Assembly: GCF_964204645.1 (NCBI RefSeq)
Contig: NC_134025.1
Span: 29,926,299-29,990,298, forward strand
DNA: 64,000 bases
Source of the DNA: Tubulanus polymorphus
Taxonomy: Eukaryota > Animalia > Nemertea
Direction: 5' to 3'
In this document: positions 12,901-23,900 of the stretch, piece after piece
How the letters are laid out: each line of letters begins with the position of its first letter
How positions within the stretch are numbered: the first letter of the stretch is position 1
Position numbers and translations under genes: made by a program
The notes under the pieces: model-generated
Told to the model about the DNA's origin: nothing
Databases searched by the model: none
The model's input: only the letters and a program-made list of their open reading frames with translations

Positions 12901-15428
12901 ACTATGACTACCTGATAAAAGAGATATTTCTATTTTCAAACTCGACAGGATTGATGATGGAAGTTTCGATAAGCTGATAACCGGCTGTAGAACGTTTGTG
13001 AAATCCGAGTTGAGCGCAGGAATAAAGCACGCGACCGCCGCACGTAAACAAACGGATTACGACGTTTTCATTTCATATTGTCATAAAAACACGAATAAAG
13101 TCGCGTTGTTTCTGGAAACGCTGCAGAAATTGAAACCAGATTTGAAGATTTTCTTCGACCGAAATGAGCTGAAAACAGGTATTGATCGTTTGCGGTAGAT
13201 TAAGATGATTTCTGTGGAACCGGGTCCTGAAGAGCAGCTCATTGATTGTTTATTATATTCTATAGGAGCTTCGTGGCAGCAGATATTGTACGGTGCTATA
13301 GAATCCAGTGACGTAGTTTTAGTTATGCTCACTCCTGATTACATGAATTCAAGTGTTTGCTGTGAAGAGTACAATCTAGCGCTCGCCTGCCACACGTCAT
13401 CTGTAAGTACCATTTCTCGCCCTCTTCATGCAGAGATATTATTTACTTTCCCCTCGGCATCCGCAACCACAGGTATCATTTAACAACAGACTGATTTTAA
13501 CTCTTGGGTCAAACTCATCTGTGGAACTGTGTCCTGTATTATAGTATTTTGTTTTGTAGGCAGTAGATGTGAATTTAGTTCCCGTATTGATAGAAGATGT
13601 AGATGAGTCATTGCAGCGAGGTTATTCCTACGTTCCTGTCGTGGATGGCCGAAATACGCATCAAATCGCTTCAATAGTCTGTCAGAAAATCATCAATTTC
13701 TTGGACAACGGAGAAATCGATCCGAATATCTTCCAGACTAATAAGGTACTGCAGAATGAGTTTCAGTGCTATCTAACTGTGGATTCTTATACCATCAATA
13801 TGTTGAGGACTTACTGAAATGATGATTTACACTTTATAGGGAATCTAAATGGAAGTAAAATTTGGGACTCAAAGATAGAGCATACAACTTATGGCTTATC
13901 GAGTTGAAATAATATTTTGAATTCTTGAAATATTTTCAGACCAAGCATCATCTCGACTGGCTGATGGCTAAGAATCGTAATTCATATTTCCGAGAAAATT
14001 TTACTCGTAAAGCCGGAAAATTCATTAAAAAACCAGTTGAACGCGAGACGACTGCGGATGTGGAAACGACGCATGAGAATCGGTGTGATATATTCATCAG
14101 CGTTAATGATTCGGACAAGATTTACGCGTCCTGTCTTCGCAAGATTCTTAAGTTTAAATCGGACGAACTGGAGATTCATTTCGATACGGAATCCGAGGCG
14201 AGTCAGTTGTCGAAACTGGAACGAGCGAAAATCATCGTCGCCGTCGTGTCTCCGGCGTATTTCACTTCGAAACGCGAACAACAAGAGTTTCATAGCGCCC
14301 TCTGTAGACATCGCGCTGAAATAGGTAAACAGGTTCTCTATGTGATACAGATGTCGCAGTTGTTGGATAAACCGAGTTACGCTCATCTGATTCCGTGTGA
14401 TATCGCGTGTTATGATTCGATTTGGAAGGATTTGTCGTGGGTTGCCAATCAGAACGGCGTCACTCCATTTACCGAAGCAGCTGATAAAGTGTGGTATCAG
14501 TTTAAATGTGACGAACAGATGAATATGAAGATTTTCACTGCTCTCGACGCGGCCTCAGAGGTTATTATAGAACTACTCACAACTTCGAGGTATGTTTTAA
14601 TGTTTTAGATGCTTTCCTCAAATTCAATGCATTCACTGCCATCATAATAATAGTGCTGCCCCTGTTGCTACTATGAGTTATCAGGAACAGTGTCACTTCT
14701 GTATGCCAGAGTACAAATGACTAACAGCGAATAAAAATCATTAGCAACGGGCAAACTCGATATCTCGGTAGTTGGCAGTAATGGTGTTACACGGTATTTG
14801 AAATTGATATCAGTGTAAATATATTATAGATCAGAAGAGAAGAACATGATTATCAGGAATATTATAGCTATGGACATGAAAGTCGACCCCAAAGAACGAA
14901 TTCCAATCCCCGATGGGGTGAGTAGAGGCAACCTCAAATGCTTGGGTTTCTTTAATAAAGAGACAGTTTGTATCGTTTCATGTGATGTTTATTTCACAGT
15001 TCATAAGAACAATTACGACGAAGACTGAAACTGGTGATGAACATGTTGAGAAAACTGATGTGATGGATTTCAGATCGGAGAAAGTTCATGTTCTTGATTT
15101 TCCTGAAGAGTCCACTGGTGCTACTGAGACCGATGAGTGTACAAACACTGCGCAGCTGAAGGAGCCTACAAACGCTGCACTACTAGAGGAGCCGAAAGAT
15201 GGTGCACAACTGAAGGAGCCTACTGAAACTGCACAACCAAAGGAGTTTGAAGACTCGTCACAACCAGATACATCTACAAATACTGGTGAATCCGAACAGC
15301 TGAAAGATAGTGAATCAAATCAAATAGTCGATGATGCTCGTACTACTAGTGTTAACAATCAAATATCATCTAATGGTACAAATGATGAGGTGAAATATGG
15401 ACGAAGTCGTAGTTGTTCATTGTTATAA
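10000..15428 (+). CDS. Macro-like domain + three TIR (TIR_2-type) domains + acidic repeat linker + C-terminal CaaX; ~909 aa when one of the two alternative exons is used
   Basis: Phase-consistent GT-AG exons: 10000-10141, 10219-10372, 10578-10719, 11095-11307, 11646-11830, [12231-12404 or 12446-12619], 12949-13178, 13266-13402, 13560-13745, 13940-14589, 14830-14917, 15000-15428 (2730 nt total). The N-terminus (IQLLLGDIT..KVDLLMISAFPGDY..TPTSVIGAL...VITPILASGDQ...LKIVVF) fits a Macro-type fold. TIR box-1 motifs are YDVFLSYS, YDVFISYC and CDIFISVN, with alphaC glutamates in CLDEY/CVEEY, CCEEY and QQEF. The protein ends KYGRSRSCSLL*. Confidence 0.85.
12231..12404 (+). CDS. Alternative exon 6A of the Macro-TIR gene (C-terminal half of TIR1)
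   Basis: ttttcag|AGTG...TTCAG|gtattt, 174 nt, phase 2-2. Encodes VITILSPSYLQCSSCLDEYNMALCCNRVVERHVLAPVYLKQVQVMPTYMLVTQYIDFR. Confidence 0.8.
12446..12619 (+). CDS. Alternative exon 6B of the Macro-TIR gene (paralogous C-terminal half of TIR1)
   Basis: ttttttag|AGTT...TGTAG|gtaaag, 174 nt, phase 2-2. Encodes VLPVLTQNYLTSLECVEEYNIALCCNRVSSRDILAPFLLKTIPQLPVYMQLIQYLDCR. Confidence 0.8.
12647..12801. mobile_element. Degenerate MITE (GGGGCCATCCAT...ATGAATGGTCCC termini)
   Basis: Imperfect terminal inverted repeats, similar in style to the outer element at 2108-2514. Confidence 0.45.
15147..15254 (+). repeat. Coding 27-bp (9-aa) tandem repeat x4 in the acidic linker of the Macro-TIR protein
   Basis: Units read TAQLKEPTN / AALLEEPKD / GAQLKEPTE / TAQPKEFED. 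Confidence 0.8.
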
Positions 15429-15464
15429 TACCATCCAACGTACTTACCTATGTATTATTCAGGT

Positions 15465-15656
15465 ATTGACAAGTTACTTAGGTATTTGCTTGGCCGAGTG
15501 AGATTGCCAAATTTAATCAGTCACTCGGCCGAGTAAAGAACTTAACTTTTACTAAGCTGGGCTGAGTGGGTTGTCGAATACAAACTATCACTCGGCCGAG
15601 TAAACAACTTTCTAGTATAATGCTCGGCCGAGCAAATGCCTAAGTAACTTGTCAAT
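15465..15656. mobile_element. MITE with 34-bp TIRs and internal CTCGGCCGAG palindromes, just 3' of the Macro-TIR stop codon
   Basis: ATTGACAAGTTACTTAGGTATTTGCTTGGCCGAG pairs with CTCGGCCGAGCAAATGCCTAAGTAACTTGTCAAT (2 mismatches). Confidence 0.8.
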
Positions 15657-17493
15657 TGGGACAGTATTTTATAGCTCTTTTATTCCATACTACTTATATC
15701 AACCGTCCTGTGTATTCGAGATACCATAAAGTTAAGTAATGGTGAAGATACCTCGATATATAAAACTAAACTGCTGTGATATTACTTGAGTGTATACATC
15801 GTTAGTATCATATCAAATACGGATTATATCCTAGTCTGATTTATCTTGAGTGTAAAAAACTTTTGATAATTTTATAGCCATATATATATATATAATCTTA
15901 TTTATTATACGTGTGTCTTATACAGAGATTACAATACATATATACATACATACAGATCTACCGGGTACATTCTTATCTCTTCGAGTCTTATTTTGCGATT
16001 GAGGATTAACACCGAGGACACCATACTTGTAACCTTACCAATGAGATGAGTACAGCTGAATACCGTAGAGGAAACGCGTGTCCCAGATCTTGAGATCAAA
16101 TTGATACCAATTGTGTCGGTGACTTGTGTGCAGAGATGTATGGACGGGACATCCACAGTTTGAACCCCTTCTAGAAAGGGTAAGAGTGGTCAAATATGAT
16201 TAAGACAAATGATTACCGGTAATTAAGAATATATTTAATCTTTTCTCTATCAAACGCTCATTAATTATAATTTGATTGCCATCTATAGGTTATTGATAAT
16301 GCTTGTAGAGTGTTTTCAGACGGATCCCTCCAGAGTCCTTACTGCTGATAGCTGTACCACCTGAAGCCCCTGTATTTCATGTACATTAAAACAAAGTCGT
16401 TGTATGTTATATTAAATTTACATTTTATTTAAATAAATAAAAGCATCATACAGCAATGATTATCATATATAGATATTGAGTTGACACGACAAATAGTTTT
16501 AATTAATTCTCTTACAAAATTTTATCACATTCAAATTTATATCATTTTCATCATGTAATTCGACTCTCTTTGGGGCATTAAACGTCATTATTTATTATTT
16601 TACATATTACATCTACGACTACGATGTGTGTAAGCCTTTTATCACTTAATGAAGCCTGTAACTCATCATTAACTGATTAACTTAAAGATTGTGCTGATAT
16701 GACATTTTTAAATACTCGGTGAATTACAGATTTACTGGTAATCATTCAAACTTTGTGAAGCATGAAGGAGGTATATATGCTGTTGCAATTAAGTCTGTAT
16801 CCTGTTTTTCGGTGTACACAGGAATTGCTATTCCTAAACTGGAAACATCGCGGCTAGAATTAGACTCAAAGACCGAAAAATAAACTGCAGCAGTATAATA
16901 ATATAGTACGTGTGGCGTGACTACAGAAATAACCTGTTCACCTTCATGAACTAATTGAAAGGTGTTGTTTTACCATCTAATCCTAGACACAATCGATTAG
17001 AATCAGCTAGCAGCTTTATACATCTGAATCTATTTATATCTATACAGCTATTTACTTCGTGCTGATTATTACCATAATTCAATGTATCTCGAGCACTGGC
17101 GCAAGTTAATCGTTCCCTTAAAGTACTGTCTTTGGTTTAAAATATAAGATTGAGTTAGGAATTCAACACTGGCCCCAGAACCCAGTTTATTAGTTGCTGG
17201 TTAACATAAATCATTTTCGAGTCAAATTTAAACACGTAACTCTAAAACTGATTCCTTAATTTGCACGACTGGTTGAGTTTTGAAAGTACTATATACATGT
17301 AATCAATCTAATAATCTTCATCGCGTAATTCACAATCTCCGAACAGATAAAACACTATCATCGATAAAATGATCCGGTAAAAATATCAGGAAATACTGCC
17401 TAAAAATGAGTAAAATAGGAATTAAATAATTTCCAAATGAATCTTTTTAAAAGCACCGTTTGATGAAATGAGACCAAGACTGGCGAAATAATA

Positions 17494-17671
17494 CAGTAGA
17501 CTCTGTTACAATTTAGTAGACTCCGCGACAACTCTAAACCCGACCAACTCATAAAACTGTTCTCAGATGCATCAACCGGGTTACAATAGACTACACCCGC
17601 CTCATGAGACCATTCTCATCAAGGTAAGCAAATTCCGGGGCAGTCGACTCTAAGCCAATTGGAGTCTACTG
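17494..17671. mobile_element. Tc1/mariner-pogo-type MITE (CAGTAGACTC TIR)
   Basis: TA-CAGTAGACTC ... GAGTCTACTG. CAGT-initiated TIRs following TA are typical of pogo/Tigger derivatives. Confidence 0.55.
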
Positions 17672-20600
17672 CATTACTCAGAAAATTCTCACTTTCTAAA
17701 TACATCCGATTGAACGGAGTCCTAGTAATTTCGTTTTAAACAACTTGTACGTATATCATTGAATAAAATTACTATCATTTCAATATATTATAATTCTATA
17801 GATTAAATAAATTATGTAATATATTACTAATTAATGACTACAAAAAAAACGATACGTAAACATCGGATAAAAGTGAACTTACTCTGGAAATAAAAGCTAT
17901 AAAAATAAGTGGCAAAATGCAGTGTTTCGAAGCCTTCAGTCATTCACAGTATCAGTAGTATATACATGGAATAAAATATCAGATATGAATTGATTTTTAA
18001 TCGCGATCGCAGAAGAATGAAAATTGACATCGATACAAGCTGCACGGTTCATCTCGCCAGCATCCAGCAGAGCGGGAAAATTATTCATCAAAATCATTCA
18101 GATTTATTCATCAATTGATATTCTACGTCGTTGTTAATACATGTATTAATACATAAAGCTACTTAACACGATAAGCTGTTTTTTACACACAGAATTTTGT
18201 TGCTGCTGCTGCAGATACAGTGTATATCTAAATATTATATACGGCGGCCATTTTACATCGAACATGTAAGGCACTTTTACAAGTATAGCTGAGTTTCATT
18301 GACGATTGAGTCAATCATGACTGAAAGAAACCCGTTTCACAAAATGACTAAGAATTTCATTAGATTTATCGCTAATGTGGCTAACCACCTCTGAGGACCA
18401 GAAAATCAGGATCCACTTCAATGGTTACAAAAGTTACCAGTCTCTGAGAGTTTAAACATTTGAAATCAACTCAAGAGTCAAATTAAGCCGACAGTTCTGG
18501 AACTGAGTCCTGTTCGTTATAGTTTGTTGTATTCAACATGAAATTAATTAAATTGTCGTAAAACTTTGGATGAAATTTTCTCAGCTTGTTTATAAAACGG
18601 GTCTTTTGTATGTCTAAATAAACTGTTAGTCATTCTGTGAAACAGACCTCGGGTCACATGGTTGATACTTCTCTCATTTTTGTCCTATAGTTAACGTATT
18701 AAGACTGGTCTTAAGTCTTTCAATCGACCCGACACTTGTCAAATTTCGATAAGAGTTCTTTCTGAGGTGTAGTTAAATCTTTCAGCGGAGTATTACGGGT
18801 TCCAGTCTACTACTCATCGCATCTCAGCACGGTTCGCAGTTGACCATTATATTGAAGTTAAACTATAAGCGCCACCACATACAGCACCGACCGATTGTAC
18901 ACGCGATCAAATTAAATTCCATTGTCTTTAAATTAACGACGACACTGTATCGTCGTGAAGACACTGATGTACGGTAACTAGGCACGCAGGGGCAGTCGCT
19001 ATTTTACCATCTATAAAATAGAACTTCATTCATTACATCGTTTAACATAAACAACATATATCATTTCAGAAATGATTTTAGACAGTTTTTATCAGTTTTA
19101 AATCGACTCACTACGGTTTTTTTGTTCACACCATGCATTTTTAACATTGTTGTGCTTTGTATACAAGCTAAACTGATCGTTATGTGTTTTGTACATCAGC
19201 ATGCAGGAACACATGCAAATTCATACTCATTTCTAAAATCAGTTGGAACTAGAAGAAACGTGAGAAACTTCTCCCTGTTTGTGGAATAAGCTGTACGATG
19301 GGAATATACTGTGAACCTACAACTACCAATTAAAGAACCTTAGCCAATACCATCCGTAATAGCTTGAGGAATAGATCCCTCACAACTCGGTTCCGGTCAA
19401 CTCAGCTAATGCGTGAATTTTAGAGTTTTTTCTCAGAGTTTTTATTTCCTTCAATTCTCAATTCAGTGAAATATTTATATCCTAGACTGAGGCAGTTAAC
19501 TGAAGTTTCATTTGGTTGAAGAGAGATTTTTTTTGGATTTAAACTGAAGGTTCAGTAATTGAATACAGGTATGACAGGTACAGCTAAGGTTCTGATTAAC
19601 GACTACATTTACTGTGAAGTGTTTATGGAGTGCGTGTGGACAGGTTTATGAGTGACTTACAGCATGTCAAACTAGACGTTGATTAGGGCTACTTGTCTTA
19701 CTACTACGAGGGCTGAAATAAGAAAATACTGCACATTGCCAGAGCAGTGATACAAACTAATGGTTTATATATCTGTGGGGTTAAAACACTGTTCATGCTT
19801 GACGCTGCTTCACTGAATGATGTTTTCCTCATTTTGTAGATAAAATAAAAATCCCAAACAATCGATGAAATATCTCATTTACTTTTTAACAGTTTCAGGT
19901 TTTTGCCTAAATCCTATCATCATCAAGTCAAACTAGAGTGAAACAGAAAATAAACAAGATATTTGATCGACGGAGTACCAGCAGCACACACCAGATGGCG
20001 CAACAATACACTCGGTCATTCACAGTGAAAATTAGTTGCTTTTGTAAATTTCAAATTGATATCTTCAATTGATCCTCGTTTGCCACAGTAGCTGTGCTGG
20101 TACATCCTCGTTGGGATTTATATTCTACTGTTCATGCTGTTTTAAATGTTAACAGTTGGTTTAATGTGTAAGATATATATCGGCGTCCTATATAACGGGT
20201 TTCAGTTATAAGAGAAAGGCAGTGAATAATTATAATCATACATATTAGGGGTAAGTTCTGTTAAATCTAAGACTGACTCCTCAGAGTCGACTCCGGAGTC
20301 ATCCAGTAGGATATTAGTTCGGCTAATTACGTTGATTAATAAAACGAGGCAGCAGGCAGGTAACTCACGGCAACCCATCGGTTACTAAAACCATCGCAAC
20401 AATAAAGTTACTGACGGCAACCGACAGGCGGACTTACTCTCTCTCTCTCAGACATTAGGGGGTGGCCTACGTCCATAACTGATAGTACTGTACAGGTTGC
20501 CAGGCACCATGTACATACGATGGTGAGGTTGTTGCGATTGGGGCTGTCTACTACTGGGGGATAGCGGTGAGTGATGCCGATTCCTACTCCTAGGGGGCAG

Positions 20601-20736
20601 CATGGTAGGGTAGTGATTATATCCGTAATAACGAATCCTGAAAGTGAATGATTGACGTGTCGATATAAATAAACCCAGCACCACAAGTGTTATTTACAAT
20701 ATACAAAACAGAATATTTCCATTCCTGTTCAAACAT

Positions 20737-20890
20737 CCCTAGGCAGGGTTTCGAACCTGATAGCATCGCGAGTCTGTGCCATGGCACAAAACCCAGCCTG
20801 ATCAGCCCAAATGTGCAGGTACAGGCTAATCAGGGTTTTGTGCCAAGGCAGAGTCTCGTGATGCCATCAAGTTCGAACCCCTGCTGAGGG
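20737..20890. repeat. ~150-bp imperfect palindrome (fold-back/MITE) in the alpha-catulin 3' UTR
   Basis: GCAGGGTTTCGAACCTGATAGCATCGCGAGTCTGTGCCATGGCACAAAACCC..CTGATCAGCC pairs with GGCTAATCAGGGTTTTGTGCCAAGGCAGAGTCTCGTGATGCCATCAAGTTCGAACCCCTGC. Confidence 0.85.
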
Positions 20891-20946
20891 AGGACGTTCC
20901 TGTCCAAGAACCCGATACCAATTACACAATATTTTACATTGGTTCA

Positions 20947-23900
20947 TTACACATTGTAAACCCAGTGTCTACCATACCTAGGATCTTGCGATGGTCCAGC
21001 TTGCATCGTTTTACCACGGAGCAGTGCATCTATTCCAGGTGGGGTAGCTTCCGCATCGCAGCTGTTACTTCTTGGAACTTGCCCACTTTGCCATCGCGGG
21101 GGTGTACAGCTAGTAGGTGATCCTCTATAGTCTATATTATACTGTAACAAAATAAACGAGAAAATAATTTAACAGTAGCTCACAGCCGAGAGTGAAGATA
21201 AACTCTCTACAGCGGTCAGACTGATAAACATAAACTCTGGAATTTCAAATTTTTCACATCCTTTTAATTGGCTTATTTCACATTTTCTCACAACAAAATA
21301 CCAGAATTTTTCAGTTTTTGAAATAACGTTTCCAGATTTTCACATCATGCATTGAGTTTCTAGGACTGAGTTCTAGACTGTGAAACTTGAGTAGTGCAAA
21401 GTGATTTACCTTAGTGGCGCAAATAAAGCAAGTTGTGACAACTTTAGCGACAGCATTCATTAGATTTTTGGTTTCCTGTATTGCACTGTCAACTTTATTA
21501 AAAGTAGCTGTTTTACCGAATGTAGGAGACTTCAGTGTGAAGTGTAAATGCTGACAATAAGCCGGAATTTTATCCAAATACGTGATCAATTCAGTTTTCA
21601 GTCCACCAACCGGAACCTAAAGATGAAAAATATAGCTTCAATCAAACATATCATATAAATACTGAACCACAACTGTATAGTCAAATCTATTCTTAAGCAG
21701 TGAATGCGCAGAGATGACTTGGCCTGGGTCAAACTGGTCCGGATCAGACCAGAGTCAAATTTTACTCAAATTTCATAATAGAGCACGTTTACATGTAAAT
21801 CACTCGCGTGATACTGAAATATTATCAAAATGATGCTGTGGCAAGCGAGGAGAGTCACTTCAAGAACCAGTTAGCATTCAAGGGCAATGACTCGTGCTAA
21901 AATTTGGCATGGACCAGGTCCAACGTTTTTGGTCAGACACAGAGACCCAATCGGCACCAGTGTAAACGATTGGTCCGGGTCCAAAACATTCATTTGATGG
22001 CAGCTTTCGTTCTTCAGTTTACTGGTTTTTTCGGGGTGTTGTGATTCTTACCCTTTGACCAAATTCTTTGACTATTTTGAATAATTTATTTCCCTCCTCG
22101 GCGAAATATTCGGCCTGAGTGAATAAATCCTGCGTAGTTCTCAGCGGACCTTCACCTCTAGTGAACAGGTACATCGAGAACGCCATACTCGACATATTCT
22201 TGGCACGTTTTACGATGTCGTTATCCGGCTCTTCCCATTTCTCGGTTTCCGCATCCATTTCTGATGTGATCAATTTCATTTCCAGACCGAGTTTAGCTAT
22301 TTTCGCTTGTTCCTGAAATATTCATCGAAAAATTACTACATTTCTTATCTCAAAAGTGAGCTACCTGTAAGTATTCAATACACTAGCAATGAAGGGATGG
22401 ATAATCCGTGTTTGATTTGAATTAAGGCAACGAGTTTTGCCTTAGAGTGACTCGAGTTGGTTCTAACATTCATACACTTTAGGTTCCACAAATAAAAAAC
22501 ATTTTACGGGATAAGAAATACATCTAATAGCAAAAAATATTTTTATTTTCGGTAAAAAAAATTCAAATAAAAGTCGTATATTAGCAAAAATTATCAATGA
22601 GTTCGAAATAATTCAAACTAAACTTCAATTGGAAACGGAATTCAACCTGCATTTCATCATTTCAACGAGAAGTACATTTATAAATGGTCAACTTAACTGA
22701 CATGAAATTAAAAGGAGATTTGGACGATAATCAAGAAGAAATGAGCAATGAAAGAAACTGATAGATAAATTTTAATATTCATAACCTAATTAACATACCA
22801 TTTACATACAATATAGGAATATCTATAGTAACAGAGAAACAATATACATCAAAATTACCCAATCAACAGTGACTGTATCGTTAAAACTAGCCTGTCAAAA
22901 ACAATCAACTAAAATGCGTCAATAACTATTCATTTCCCGCAATAAAAACTGCAAATACTAGAAAGTTAAACACCGTGAGTTTAGTGTAAATCAGTTGTTT
23001 TTTCTAACTAATGACAGCTACGAACATAAATAATACTCTAAGTCTCAATGAAACGTGTGATTGAAATATTGTAGATAAAAATATAATCTATTTCACCAGT
23101 GACTCCTTCGAAGTTCAACTTAAAACGTTAAATTAAGGAATAGGAAATATTTGAAAAGAACTGAAGATTAATCTAAACAACAACGAATCTGGTTATTTAC
23201 CCATTCAGCTAATGGTCCTTTAGTCTGAAAATCATCATCGATATGTTTCATTAATAGCTAATACACTCAACATGCTGGGCACCGGTATGTCGGGTTAGTA
23301 ATTAGATAATGATCAGTTCAGATGAATAGCTATCAAACTATCGAGGATCCCTTCTCATCTTGTCTTTCCTCTCCCTCTCCACCCTCACTTTCTCTTATTG
23401 AGTCTTACCTCTGAATCGAGATGTCCCGGTCTGATCGATTTCGTAGTCGTACCATGTTTCTATAAAACACAGAACAAACTATTTGAGCGCACACAGTAAC
23501 TGATTAGATGACTTCGAAGTTCTGATAAAACTGAAGAATTGCATGAGCAAAAAGTATGATTCAATTTGAAATATTGAGGAGAATTATAAGAGAGAGTTGT
23601 GTGTGTGTGGAGTGCGCGGATTGAGACAGAAATAGATGATGGGTGATGGATGCAGCCGGGAACACACATCAAACAGCGGGTGAATTTTGGTCGGTTGTTT
23701 TCAGGTGGATTGAACAACATTAGAACTGAGATAAACCGGGGTACCTCTCCATGACGCACGAGCGAGCGCCAGATAAAAACACACACACGACACACACCAT
23801 CCATCACTCATATCTATAAAACTCATCTCCTCACAGAGTCTCGAATAAACCTTCACGTTTCAATAGACAAGTCACTGTCTGTTTTTGAATCGAAGCAAAA

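Noticed and set aside
13982-14386. Antisense or alternative-frame ORFs overlapping real exons (also 37094-37393, 35630-35884, 28307-28522 and others)
   Set aside because: These are shadow ORFs arising from codon bias in genuine coding exons.
20408-20887. Short ORFs on both strands downstream of alpha-catulin
   Set aside because: They have no recognisable domain or consistent splice sites and overlap a hairpin and a probable repeat in the UTR.
23460-23807. 115-aa ORF as an alternative first exon of alpha-catulin
   Set aside because: It terminates at the TAG that serves as the acceptor of the next exon, is built from GT-rich low-complexity sequence, and has no phase-compatible donor that I could find.
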